From NCBI RefSeq assembly GCF_030684315.1, contig NC_081377.1, forward strand, positions 25,172,001-25,236,000: a stretch of 64,000 bases of DNA, read 5' to 3'. Source of the DNA: Stegostoma tigrinum. Taxonomy: Eukaryota. Within the stretch, counting starts at the first letter, position 1; every line of letters begins with the position of its first letter. A program made the position numbers and the translations under genes. Under the pieces are notes generated by a model. That model ran no database searches. It worked only from the letters and a program-made list of their open reading frames with translations, and was not told the origin of the DNA. This document shows, in pieces, positions 1-12,580 of the stretch.

Positions 1-19
1 CAATGACCTCGTCTTCTGA

Positions 20-1760
20 GGCAGATTTCCAAAGTAATACAAATCTCTGAGAGAAACACATTCAACTCTGACTGAAATGCTGTTCATTAATTGTACAACA
101 ATGGCCCCTCCAGTTCTGGGCTGACCCACAAGGATAACATCTTTTTTACATCAGCCATGAGCTGGATCTCATTTGCTTCAATCATGTTGATCCTCAATCC
201 TCTAAACTGCAGCGGAAATAATCGCAGCTTGTCCAACCTATTCTCCAGGGACTCATTCTGACATCAATCTAGTAAACATCCTCTGAGCCAACTCTGTTGC
301 ATTTACATCTTTAAATAAGGTGACAAAAATGAAGCAATTTTCAAGATGCACTCTCCAATTCCCCATGTAATTGAAGCATAACTTCCTTACTATTATGATC
401 AATTCCTCTCATATTAATGGATAGTGTCTCATTAGCCTTTTTGATTCCACGCTATACCTGCATGCTAACTTTTTGTGACTCATACACCAGAATATCTAAA
501 CTTGGAATCTTGCAGTCGTTCGCTATTTAAGTAATATCCTGTCACATACTGCTTGCCAAAGTAAACCACTTCACATTTTCCCACGTTATATTCATCTATC
601 AATTCATTTGTTCACTTAATGACCGATCCACAACCATTTGCAACATTTTTATGTCCGATTCACTATATACTTTTCAATCTATCTTTGTGCTGTTTTCAAA
701 CTTTGTTACCGTGCCTCCACTCATTTCCTGTCAATCAAAGATCTATTTATGCATTAAATGGTCCTGTGACCTTTTTTCAAAACAGTTCTGAAGAAGAGTC
801 ACTTGACTCCGAACATTAACTCTGCTTTCTCTTCACAGATGCTGCCAGATCTGCTGAGAGTTTCCAGCAATTTCTGTTTTGGATACCCATTTATGTATAC
901 CCTTCTGCTAGCATTTCTGCCAGCAAGCCAATCTTCCACCCAAGCTTACGTATTATCACCTACACCAGAGTTTCTATTTTCTACAATAACTTTTGCTGTG
1001 GCACCTGATCAATTGCCTTCTGGAAAATTAAGTATAATACATCTATGACTTCTCTTTATCCACATTCTTCAAAAACTCCAATAAATTTGTTAAACATGAT
1101 TTCCGTTTGATGAAACCATGTTGATTCTTCCCAATAACCTTGTGTTTTCCTCCATGTGTGGCTGTAATTTCTTTAGTAATCAATTTTAAGACCTTCCTCA
1201 TAATAAATGCCGAGCTAACTCATCTATAATGTTCTCCTTTCTTGAACAGAGATGTCAGATTTACCACTTTACATTGGAACCATTGCTTAATCAGGGGAGT
1301 TTTGAACAATTAACACCAACACATCAATTATCTCATTAGCAACCACTTTTAGGAGTTTAGGATGAAATCCATCAGGACCTGAAGGTTTGCAGCCAACAGC
1401 TAGATCAGTTTGATTGATGCCACTTCCATTGTGATTGTAATTTTACTAACTTCCTCTGTTCTTCCAACTCCTGATTTACAACTATTACTTGTAAGTTACT
1501 TGTATCCTCAATAGTCAAGACAAAAGCAAAATAATTATTCATTTCATCCACCATTTCCTTATTATCTATTAACTCCCCATTTTCACTCACTTACTTGCTC
1601 TCTTTTCTCTTCTAACCACCTGTAGAAACTCACTTTCCATTGTTACATTACTAACTTTGTCTCATACTCTTATTTCTTATTCCTGATTAACCGGTTAATC
1701 ATTCCCTGTCATTCTTCATATTTTAATCAGTCATTTAACTTGCCATTTAGCTGAGCACAG
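20..1760 (-). mobile_element. Highly degenerate CR1-like LINE ORF2 fragment
   Basis: Minus-strand remnants of CR1 ORF2 (ORF 1405-1590 'GELIDNKEMVDEMNNYFAFVLTIEDTS' resembles the linker seen in the younger CR1 copies in this window); many stops and frameshifts; boundaries approximate. Confidence 0.6.
785..882 (+). mobile_element. Short Penelope-derived terminal fragment with degenerate hammerhead-like core
   Basis: CTGAAGAAGAGTCACTTGACTCCGAACATTAACTCTG...CAGATGCTGCCAGATCTGCTGAG. Similar copies at ~21965-22070 (-), ~34625-34720 (+), ~45820-45940 and ~62900-63010. Confidence 0.5.
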
Positions 1761-1829
1761 TTATATGTTTTTTCCTTAAGTTTGATGTTTTCAAGACTGT
1801 TTTTAGAGCAGTAAGATTTGCTATTTTCT

Positions 1830-4800
1830 GTGACTGTAGACTGTTAAAGGTGCAAAGATGGCCTTTAGTAGAGTGATGTGCTCTTCCTGTAAGATGTGGG
1901 AGATTAGGGAGAGTTTCCATGTTACTGATGATTATGTCTGCATGAAGTGTGTTTAGTTGTGAATCCAATTGGATTGCATGGCTTGGTTGGAACAGCAGTT
2001 AGAGGCAATGAAGAATTTACAAGAGATAGGTGGGACCCAAGGAGATAGTGAGGTAAGAGATTAGTCTGAGGCTAGTACAGTTGGGAAAAGAAGCAAGTCA
2101 GTCACACCAGGCAGGAACAAAGTAGAGAATAAGGTAGGACTGATAAATTAAACAGCATTTATTTCAATGCAAGAAGCCTTACAGGTAAGACAGCTGAACA
2201 CAGGGCCATGGTTGGGAACATGGGACTGGGGTATCACAGCAATTACAGAGACATGGCTCAGGGATGTTCTTTTACTCTTTATTCATTCACGGGATGAGGG
2301 CATCACTGACCAGGCAGCATTTATTGCCCCTCCCTAATTGCCCAGACGGCAGTTGAGAGTCAACCACGTTGCTGTGGGTCTCGAGTCACATGTCAGCCAG
2401 ACCAGATAAGGATGGCAGTTTCCTTCCCTAAAGGACATTAGTGAACCAGACGGGTTTTTCCAACAATCAACAATGGATTCACGGTCATCATTAGTCTCTT
2501 AATTCCAGATATTTTTATTGAATTCAAATTCCACCGTCTGTCATGGCAGGATTTGAACCTGGGTCATTGGATTAACAGTCCAGCAATAAAACCACCAGGC
2601 CATTGCCTCCCCATACCTTCCAGAGTATAGATGTGTTCGGAAGGATAGAAAGACGGAAAGAGAGGAGGGGGAGTGGTGTTTTCGATAACATTACGACTGT
2701 ACTTACAGAGGATTTTCCGGGCAATACATCCTGGGAAGTTGTTTGGGTGAAACAAAGATAAGAAAGTGATGATCATCTTATTGGGATTGTATTACAGGTC
2801 CCCGAAACAGTTATTGGGAAATTGAGAAGCAAATTTTTAAGGAGATCTGAAATATCTGTAAAAACAATAGGGCTTTAATGGTAGGAGATTTTAACTTTTC
2901 AAACATAGACTGTGATTGCCAAGGAGTTAAGGGCTTAGATGGAAAGAAATTTGTTAAATGTGTAGAAGAAAATTTTCTGTTCAGTATGTGGATGTACCGA
3001 CTAGAGAAGATGCAAAACTTGATCCAATCTTGAGAAATAAGGCAGGTTAGATGACTGAAGTGTCAGTGAGGGAGAACTTTGGGGCCAGTGATCATGATTC
3101 TTTTAGTTTTAATATAGTGATGCAAAGGGATAGACTGAATCTAAAAGTTAAAGTTTCTAAATTGGATGAAAGCCAATTTTGATCGTATTAGGTAGGAATT
3201 TTCAATAGTTGATTGGGGGCGGATACTCGCAGGTAAAGCAATGCTGGAAAATGGGAAGCTTTCTAAAATGAGATGAGAATCCTGAGACATTTTGTTTCTG
3301 TTAGGGTGAAGGGCAAGGCTGGGAGGTGTAGGGAATGCTGAATGACTAAAATAATTGACGCTTTGGTTGAGAATGAAAAGGAAGCACGTCAGGTACAGAC
3401 AGCAGGGATTGAGTGAATCTTTAGAAGACTATAATGGCAGTAGGAGTATACCCAAGAGGGAAATCAGGAAGGCAAAAAGGGGACATGAGATAGGATAGGC
3501 AAAAAGGGTTGAGAAGAATCCAAAGAGATTCTACAAATACATAACTATGGTAATTATGGAGAGAATAGGGCCCCTTAATGATCAACAAGGCCACCTATGT
3601 GTGGAACTGCACATTATGGGGGAATCACTAAATGAGTATTTTGGATCAGTTTTTACTGTAGAGAACATGGGAAAATAAATAGCAACATCTTGAAAAATGT
3701 CCACATTACAGAGCGTGAGGTGCTGGGCATCTTAAAAGGCATAAAATTGGATAAATCGCTGGGATCTGATCAGGTGATCACTAGAATTTTGTGGAAAGCT
3801 GGGGAAGTGATTGCTGAGCCCCTTGCTGAGATATTTGTATCATTGATAGCCGCAGGTGAGGTGCTGGAAGACTGGAGGTTGTCTAACGTGGTGCCACTAT
3901 ATGAGAAAGATGGTAAGGAAAAGCCAGGGAACTATAAACAGGTGAGCATGACATTAGTGGTAGGCAAGTGGAGGGAATCCTGAGGGACAGGATTTACATG
4001 TATTTGGAAAAGGAAGGACTGATTAAGGACAGTCAACATGGCATTGTGTGTGGGAAAGTGTGTCTCACCAACTTGTTCGAGTTTTTTGAAGAAGTGATAA
4101 AAATAATTCATGAAGGCAGAGCGATCGAAGTGATCTATATGGGCTTCAGTAAGGTGATCGACAAGGTTCCTTATGGTAGACTGGTTAGCAAGGTTAGATC
4201 ACACAGAACAGAGGGAGATCTAGCTATTTGGTTACAGCACTAGCTCAAAGCTAGAAGACAGAGGGTGGTGGTGGTGGAGAGTTGCTTTTCAGATTGGAGG
4301 CCTGTGACCAGCAGCATGCCACAAGGTTCTGTGGTGGGTCCACTGCTTTTCATCATTTATATAAATGATTTGGATGTGAACACAAGAGGTAAGGTTAGTA
4401 AGTTTGCAGATGACGTCAAATTTGGAGATGTAGTGGACAGTGAAGGTGGTTACCTCAGAGTACAATGGGATATTGATCAGATGGGCCAATGGGCCAAAGC
4501 ATGGCAGATGGAGTTTAATTTAGATAAATGTGAGGTGCTACATTTCGGAAAGGCATATCAGAGTAGGACTTATACTTAATAGTAAGGTCCTGGGAGTGTT
4601 GCTGAACAAAGAGACCTTGGGAATGCAGGCTCACAGTTCCTTGAAAGTGGTGTCACACGTAGATAGGATAGTAAAGGCGGCATTTAGCATGCTTGTCTTT
4701 ATTCGGCATAGGAGTTGAGAGGTCATGTTGCAGCTGTACAGGACATTGATTAGGCCACTTTTGGAATACTGTGTTCAGCTCTTGTCTCCCTGCTGTAGGA

Positions 4801-5030
4801 AGAACATTGATAATCTTAAAAGGGTTCAGAAAAGATTTGCAAGGACGTAAGATGTTGCCAGGATTGGAGAATTTGAGCTATAGGGAGAGGCTGAAGGGCC
4901 TGGGGCTATTTTATCTGGATCATGAGAGGCTGAGAGGGGACCTTTATAGAGGTTTATAAAATGATGAGGGGCATGGGTAGGGTGATTAGACCAAGTCTTT
5001 ACTGTTGAGTGGGGGTGTCCAAAACTAGAT
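1830..5030 (+). mobile_element. CR1 LINE, long decayed copy (ORF1 Cys-rich start, endonuclease and RT of ORF2)
   Basis: ATG at ~1858 reads MAFSRVMCSSCKMWE...YVCMKC (CxxC pairs typical of CR1 ORF1). Broken ORFs 3690-4959 carry RT motifs (QHGIVCGKVCLTNL, PQGSVVGPLLFIIYIND, KFADD). Interrupted by a SINE at ~2270-2612. Confidence 0.85.
2270..2612 (-). mobile_element. tRNA-derived SINE (Deu-domain/SacSINE1-like) nested in CR1
   Basis: Minus strand begins GGGAGGCAATGGCCTGGTGG (A-box-like) followed by CCAGGTTCAAATCC (B-box). It splits the CR1 endonuclease region. Related decayed copies at ~58470-58720 and ~59010-59220. Family name is from recall, not a search. Confidence 0.7.
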
Positions 5031-5161
5031 TTAATCATTTACCAGGAATGGAAGTTGTTTTTCATCACCACAATCTCAATATCTTCTGTTTTTCTAAGAT
5101 TTCATTGAAGGATATTTCTGCAAGTGTACTACTGGCTTCTGGCAAAAGCAAATCAGAGATG

Positions 5162-5856
5162 GCGAGGGGCTTAAAGCTGATGCGCATGCTCGCGAGGGGC
5201 TTAAAGCTGATGCGCATGCTCGCGAGGGGCTTAAAGCTGATGCGCATGCTCGCGAGGGGCTTAAAGCTGATGCGCATGCTCGCGAGGGGCTTAAAGCTGA
5301 TGCGCATGCTCGCGAGGGGCTTAAAGCTGATGCGCATGCTCGCGAGGGGCTTAAAGCTGATGCGCATGCTCGCGAGGGGCTTAAAGCTGATGCGCATGCT
5401 CGCGAGGGGCTTAAAGCTGATGCGCATGCTCGCGAGGGGCTTAAAGCTGATGCGCATGCTCGCGAGGGGCTTAAAGCTGATGCGCATGCTCGCGAGGGGC
5501 TTAAAGCTGATGCGCATGCTCGCGAGGGGCTTAAAGCTGATGCGCATGCTCGCGAGGGGCTTAAAGCTGATGCGCATGCTCGCGAGGGGCTTAAAGCTGA
5601 TGCGCATGCTCGCGAGGGGCTTAAAGCTGATGCGCATGCTCGCGAGGGGCTTAAAGCTGATGCGCATGCTCGCGAGGGGCTTAAAGCTGATGCGCATGCT
5701 CGCGAGGGGCTTAAAGCTGATGCGCATGCTCGCGAGGGGCTTAAAGCTGATGCGCATGCTCGCGAGGGGCTTAAAGCTGATGCGCATGCTCGCGAGGGGC
5801 TTAAAGCTGATGCGCATGCTCGCGAGGGGCTTAAAGCTGATGCGCATGCTCGCGAG
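5162..5856. repeat. Perfect 30-bp tandem array, 23 full units plus 5 bp
   Basis: Unit GCGAGGGGCTTAAAGCTGATGCGCATGCTC repeated without any variant from 5162 to 5851, then GCGAG. No spacers. Confidence 0.98.
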
Positions 5857-8131
5857 AAGTTGCAGAACGGGAAGTACAGAACTTGCAAAGCCTCAAATTA
5901 GTAAAAACCCAAAGAGATGCTACTGCAGGTTATTCAGATACAAATAAAATTGAAGAAAGCTGCAGCAGCTCCACCGAGTAACAGTCACGGTAAAAGCTGC
6001 AAGTAGGTGAAAGAACTACTAGGAGTGGCTCATTATTACAGAAAATACCATCTGTGACTTCATGAGAAATATTTTAAGAACATTATTGGAAGGATTCAGA
6101 AAGGGATGATGGGATGGTCAAATCCAGCCAACACAGAATAGTAGTACTGTGAGAAAAGCAAAGTACAATGGATGCTTGGAATCTATAATGAAACAAAGGG
6201 AAGTCATACTGAACCCAAACTGCTGTTGTTCTCTCCACAGAATCTGCCAGTTGAACTGCTACGCTCCTTTTGTGGTTAAGTATCATTAATGAACCCAGGT
6301 GGAGATATGACACTTGGCTTTAAAAAAATCAGAACTACACTTGCACACTGCATGGGTATATGCGTAGTCTGAGACAGGCAGTTTTTTGAACTATATGGGA
6401 GTCAAAGGTCTTGAAAAATATATACATAATTGAAAACAATATCAAATCAGCCTTGATCTTAATGGGTGGTGCAGCAGGCTTCAACAGCAGTATTGCCTTC
6501 TTCTATTTGTTTATAGCATGGAAAGACCCTCCCTTTTATTTGAATAAGTTATCTACACAAACAGTATGTTTGCAAGTTAACAGGAAGCTGTTTGAGACCG
6601 TTGTTTAACGACATTTCAAATTTACGTTCATTTGCTTCCAGCCCAGCAAAAACAAGCAACATTTTTAAAAAGTCTAGAAGACACCAGTGTTTAGAAGTTT
6701 AGCTCTTCTTCGAGGATTCAAAGAAGTGACCTCAGGAAGGGTTCAGTCTGTAAAACTTACAAGCCAGTACTTCAGTTAAAAATCAGTTTATCGGAAATGA
6801 AAAAGTTTATATTCTAGGAGTTGCAGAAAGTTCACGTCAGCAGATTTCAAAAAAGGATTCATGGGAAAAGTCCATGGTAAGCCAACTGTCAGCAACTAGT
6901 TACATACATGCCTATACAGCAGAGATAGCACTCTAATTTCCGTGGACTTCAGTCTGTGTAATGGATAGCAGAAACAGGGTGCAACTTTCGTTTGCAAGAT
7001 CATTCTAATTGTCTTCTGTATTAACACTGTTCAAATTTGTGAAATAAACTTCTAATTAAAAGCAGCCTCATTTGAATGTTTCAATGTTTAACCTTTACAT
7101 TAACTAAAATAATCAGGCCAAGTTTCATTTTGGGCTCTGGCTTGTCCAGTATTACTATCAGCTGAAATCATAACATTTGAGTCTAAACAGTCTTTCATAC
7201 CTCCCCAAGACATGCTTACTTCATTGTAAAGTACTGATGCAATTCAGTTATACAGATCGAAGCAATTTTTTTTAAACCTATGTAACAGCATTAGCTCTAA
7301 TTCTGCAGTAGACAGATGTAAGTTACAGTAGTGTAAGTAAATACTGTTCAATGGGGGCAGGAGACAGGGTAAGCAAAACCCTATTCTATAACCACAAACT
7401 ATGCATTTCCTTCCAGGTCAGAGATATACAAGTCTCTGAAGGAATAACTCAGACTGACGTGTTTTTTTTCTCCCCCAAAGAGAATGAGGTAGACAATGAG
7501 TTGGAAAGAGGTATTCTTATACCAATCTAGCAATAGATTGTTTTGGAGATGCGGTTGACCAGGACTAAATGCTATTGTATGATGCGGCCATGATTTTAAA
7601 ACTACCTTGTCTGCACTCTCTGCCATTCACCAGACCATTCCCTCTGACTGGCAGTTTACCAGCACTTACGCTTGAACCAACACACAGGCTCAATGAATAC
7701 CCTTTCTCTAAACAACATTCTTTAACAGATTTATCAATTCTTTCACTTGTATTTTGTGGTTATTTGCCCACCATAGTGAAGGATAATGTCTCCATGAGAT
7801 CTACTGCAAATGAATTTTGCTAGTATAGGCACCAAATATGCAAAGAGAATGCTGCTGTTTTAAAGCTCAAATTGATGACGTAAGCTTAGTCTGTAGCACT
7901 TCAGACGTGCTTTGAATTGCTGACAATATGCAAAAGGACGACTACTGATCATCTTGATTAAGACCAAAAGATACAAAACTCAAATGTGTGAAATAAAATC
8001 CAGCGAAGAATGAGGCAGACATAATGAACACTGATAAATGAAAATCATATCTGGAAGCTATATAATATTTTACATTAAAGTCTGTTACATTTATTACTTA
8101 CTTTTAGTCAGTCTTAGGAAATTCAGAGCTG

Positions 8132-8524
8132 GATGTGAGTTTGCTCGCTGAGCTGGAAGGTTCATTGTCAGACATTTCGTCACCATTCTAGGTAACATCA
8201 TCAGTGAGCCTCCGACGAGGTGCTGGTGTTATATCCCGCTTTCTATTTATCTGGTTAGGTTTCCTTGGGTTGGTGATGTCATTTCCTGTTCTTTTTCTCA
8301 GGGGATGGTAGATTGGCTCCAAATCAATGTGTTTGTTGATGGAGTTCCGGTTGGAATGCTTCTAGGAATTCTCGTGCATGTCTCTGTTTAGCTTGTCCTC
8401 GGAGGGATGTGTTGTCCCAAGCCAAACAGAGACACGCACAAGTACAACAACGAACCTTCCAGCTCAGCGAGCAATCTCACATCCAGAACCTCAACCTGAG
8501 CTACAAATCTTCTCAAAACTCACT
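8132..8524. mobile_element. Penelope-like element fragment (second family) with inverted termini, hammerhead core and TSD
   Basis: TSD AAATTCAGAGCTG at 8119-8131 and 8525-8537. The start (GGATGTGAGTTTGCTCGCTGAGCTGGAAGGTTC) is the inverse of ~8451-8485. Minus-strand hammerhead core CTGATGA-tGTTACC-tagaat-GGTGAC-GAAA-TGTC at 8171-8204. Confidence 0.75.
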
Positions 8525-9127
8525 AAATTCAGAGCTGTCAGACCCCAACAATTCAGACCAAAAATGTGCATAACTGATTTATCATCTTTTCTTCTATTTG
8601 GTGGCTATTTGTTCACCATCCTGAAGTTCCGTTAAGCATCTATAAAGTGTCTCTATGAAAACAATAGCAATATATACATACATTTTATTGAAAACATACA
8701 AGAACAATTTAAATTCACAAATTACCTTTATTGAATTTTGGAAAACAGGGAATATCTACAAAAGAAAGTATTTTTTGCAAGAACAAAATAAAGTCCCACC
8801 TGAAATCTTGGGTAAAATCGCCAGCATCTTACCTGCAAAACAGCAACTTATTTCAGAAATATAGCATTTCACTGGGCATGTAACTGTCACAGCCTGAACA
8901 TCTGTCCACACAACTGCTATATACATTGATCCACTCATGAAGGTTAGTCCAGTTATGTTAACTTTCACAAAAGCAGGAAAACTTAGGATTAAGCTATAGC
9001 TAAATGGTACATGATTCACAAAGTGGAGTGTTATCACAATATTCTGCACAACTAAAACTTCTTTCAGGATCAGAATAATTGGTCTTGTATACAAAAATAT
9101 ATACTTTTAAACATTTTAAAAAGGTGC

Positions 9128-9271
9128 TCAACAAGTCTTCGTTTTATCAGTGTTCTTGCAGCCATTATGTACCAGTACCCACTGTCCATATGGGCTTCCT
9201 TTCCGCTTGTATTCAGGAGACTCTCGAGAAGTGTTTGCTGTTTTTTGATTCAATGGTTTTGCCACTGTATT
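9128..9271 (-). CDS. RSRP1: RSRP1 last coding exon (NTVAKP...KGSPYGQWV...KTC*)
   Basis: Acceptor ttcttttgcag, phase 0, 48 codons. SPYGxW motif matches the RSRP1 C-terminus. AATAAA candidates on the minus strand at ~8684 and ~8727. Confidence 0.9.
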   Translation of the reverse strand, partial: NTVAKPLNQKTANTSRESPEYKRKGSPYGQWVLVHNGCKNTDKTKTC

Positions 9272-9437
9272 CTGCAAAAGAATAAAATATGTTTGTAGTA
9301 GTTGCCAAAAGCAACTAGAACTGCAAAAATTTAGTTTAGCATTACAGATATTGACTGAATAATAATTTAAATCCACAAGAGCATGAGTATGCCAACATTA
9401 TTTCAGGTTAATTGTAACGTGAATTGGATTTTAGGTT

Positions 9438-9599
9438 AGAGATAACAAGGTGTACAGCTGGGTGAACACAGCAGGCCAAGCAGCAGAGGAGCAGGAAGGC
9501 TGACGTTTCAGGCCTGAGCCCGATGTTGCTTGGCCCGCTGTGTTCATCCAGCTATACACCTTGTTATCTCAGCTTCTCCAGCATCTGCAGTTCCTATTT
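9438..9599. mobile_element. Short Penelope-derived palindrome (tail on the right) with TSD
   Basis: GAGATAACAAGGTGTACAGCTGG...CCAGCTATACACCTTGTTATCTC fold-back plus tail CTCCAGCATCTGCAGTTCC. TSD TTGGATT(T/G)TAGGTT at 9424-9437 and 9600-9613. Confidence 0.8.
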
Positions 9600-9978
9600 T
9601 TGGATTGTAGGTTGGTATTTCAGCAAGTTATATATTATGTCACAGTAGCAAGTGTTGTTCACCATCCTGAAGTTGGTACAAGTTTGAAGCCATCTCAAGG
9701 CAGTTTTGCATCAATCTTAGTTGATCAGTTACACAATGTACTAATGCATAATCAAAAACATTCACAGGATGGAAACCAATTAAAGAATTGGTAAACAAAG
9801 CAGCGGATAGCATGCTAGTGTAACATCAAAGCAGGAAGAACAGCTACAGATCTGTACTTGGCGAGATGCTGCAAACTTCGCTATACACATTTCCTTTGGC
9901 AAGAATTTACAAATACTAAATTTAAAGGATGATCAAGACGGATATAATGCAGTAAACATTTTATGATCTATCACTTAC

Positions 9979-10077
9979 TTTAACACTGAAAGCTATCCAA
10001 TGGTTTGTTTCAATTCTTGAAGAGGCACTGGTTAATTTCTGAAGTGGTTCATCATCTTCAGCTTCTTTTTTGTATTC
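9979..10077 (-). CDS. RSRP1: RSRP1 coding exon 5 (EYKKEAEDDEPLQK...WIAFSVK)
   Basis: tttttgtgcag acceptor, AAA|gtaagt donor, 99 nt, phase 0/0. IAFS motif precedes N(S/T)VAKP as in RSRP1. Confidence 0.88.
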
Positions 10078-11589
10078 CTGCACAAAAATACAGAAAATCT
10101 ACAGGTTAATCTTAAATGTGGCCAACATATTATACTGTGACCCACTTCAGGCAGTCCCTTCTGAATGAAGCATTTTTAGCCCTGGTTGGACGGATCCAAC
10201 ATTAAAGTATTGGGTTTTGAGTAATAAATGACACTACTGTTCTACCTGATGTGGCAGAATTTGCTACTGTTGTTTCTAGCTTGACACTCTACTAGTTCTG
10301 TAAGATTTCACCAAAACAATTAACAGTATAGAGCACATCAAACCTTATTTTATCATGCTGACCCAAGGTTACAAGAATGAGACTTAGAATGATAAAAATT
10401 CCAAAATATCTAATCCACTGATCAAGCTGAATAGGTATTGACTCCTTCAATATAATCAATGGGTCAGATCAACGTGAATTCCCAATGAATGTTTGTCATT
10501 TCAATGACAGTTTCGACTTCAGAGCTCAAAATGCTTCTGAGCACTTTCAATAACATGTTAATCTCTACTACAAATGTAGGACTGTATGCAGCTGTTGATA
10601 AGGTATATTTTCTAGGCTATAAAAGCCAATAAACTTATCTTCAAAAACTGTTGGTCTCTTCTTCGGCAAAGATCTGATATTCAAAACTTCCTGGAACACA
10701 GTGAATAAGTTATGAGGACAAGAAAATCCTAGAGCAAAGCTGTAAAGCATGATCAATACTGACTCCAAAAGCAGCATCTAGTAAAGCATCAGGAGGAAGT
10801 GAATTTGCAATAAATATGATTTCTCACATTACAAAGTAAGGCAAAGAATAACACTGATCAACTGGAGACATTGCAGTGCACAAAGGAACTGACGCAAACA
10901 CAATAGTCCTGATTTGGAAAATTTAATACTTTTAACTCTGATCTCATCATAGGGATTAGTTTGTGAAGTAAATTCTGTCAGGTGCACAATTATAGCAGAA
11001 AGCACTGTACAGTCACATTGTTTTGAATTCCTCCAAGTGAGCACCAAATGCTTTTGGACCCAGTAATAGACCAAGCACTCCAAGGTCAAGTGCAACATGG
11101 ACACATTGAAACTGCAGTTCCCTCCTCACTACATATCCATCTCAACCGTGAAAGAACACTGGCAACTTAACCTTTCCACTTTCATCAGATTACATGTTGC
11201 CAAAATTAAATTGTCAATCTAGTTTAAACTGTAGGCACAGGCCTGCTCAGAACGAGAGAGACAGGCAATCCTAGTCCCCTTAAAAAGACAGACAGTCTGG
11301 GCTCCATTTGAACACAGCCAAAAAGATGCCAACATTTTGAAACAAACTTCATCTGCAGAAGATTCTGGTATTCGAGGTCACTTGGGTGACTTGAACCATT
11401 GATAACAGTGCAAAATACCTTAAATTATCTGGGCATCCACTGAAAATACACTGCAAATCTATTTTAAATTGAACTGGGCTTTATTGATTTGCTATATAGT
11501 TATGGAATACTCAACAGTTTAGATTCTCTTACAAGTTCTTAAAGTTTTTTTAAATATTTCAACATTTTAAAAAATATTTCCCAGTAATC

Positions 11590-12580
11590 AAAATACCTTT
11601 GATAAGGTACCACTCAGTTAGGCTTGTAACAAAGGCCAGGGAGCAGGTGGAATCATGAAATAAACTGGTGGATGAATAGAAAATTAGCTAAAAATAGAAA
11701 ACAGAGTAAGAAAAAACTGTATTGTTCAGGTTACACCACAGCAGAAAAAGGTGATGCTCCACAAAAGATGGGTCCATTATTATTTATAACTAACAACATA
11801 CTTGAGAAAGTAACTAGTGAAATCTGGGATAATTCCAAACTGGAGGGCATAAACAGGAAGAATGCTAAATATATGGATACACCAGAAAATTTGTAAACTG
11901 CGCAAATAAGTGGCAAAAGGAGGTGTACACTGATAGTAAAAAACCCATCAGCTTTAAAAAATAAGAAATTGAATCGGGTAGAAGCCTAAACACATCTAGA
12001 GAGATACAGGTGAGCAATCATCAAAAGCAGCCATGCATATCAGTAAAACAATGAAAATGCTAACAGACCAGTGGGATCAATTTCTACAAGGTACATAATT
12101 GAAAGTAATGAAGTAAATGTTAAGTTTGTACAGAACCCCGATCAGGTCACGAGGCAGAGGATGGTGTACCATCTGAGACCTTACACAATAAAAGGACAAA
12201 CTGAAGTGTAAAATATATAGTCAAGAATGGTGCAAGGTAGATTTAAGGATTTAATTTTTAGAAGTAAAATGACTTTATAGAAGATTTTTAAAACAATGAA
12301 AAGATTGGACAGTATAGAAGGCATTTTTGCTTGTGAAAGAACGCATTCAATGGAAAAAGAAGAGATCTTGTATGGCTGTGGCTAGAATGTGGAAATTATT
12401 ACGTGATCAATCTCAAGAAGATTCCAAAAATAAATCAGATGAGTACATCAGGAAAAAAGGGAACATAAGAATATGCTGAAAGGCAGACATGAGGTAAATA
12501 GAAGTGCAGAAGACTTGTGGACTATGAACAACCACAGGCTATTTGGGGAGAATCACCATTTCTGTGTTTTGTATTCTATG
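11590..12580 (+). mobile_element. Very old CR1-like RT/3' fragment
   Basis: Degenerate matches to the CR1 'FDKVPH...RKQRV' region and 3' end; no intact frame. Confidence 0.45.

Noticed and set aside
5162-5856. CRISPR-like array (30-bp repeats)
   Set aside because: Units are contiguous with no spacers, there are no cas genes, and the context is vertebrate.
5009-5947. 312-, 260- and 264-aa ORFs over the 30-bp array
   Set aside because: Open only because the 30-nt unit lacks stops in those frames; no synonymous variation or domain similarity, so no evidence of a protein.
6400-7175. Possible solo LTR ending AATAAA...ATCATAACA
   Set aside because: No partner LTR, PBS/PPT or TSD identified and the 5' boundary is undefined; needs a repeat-library search.
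1-8600. SYF2 exons expected downstream of RSRP1 from mammalian synteny
   Set aside because: No recognisable SYF2 coding sequence found; the region is mostly LINE remnants.
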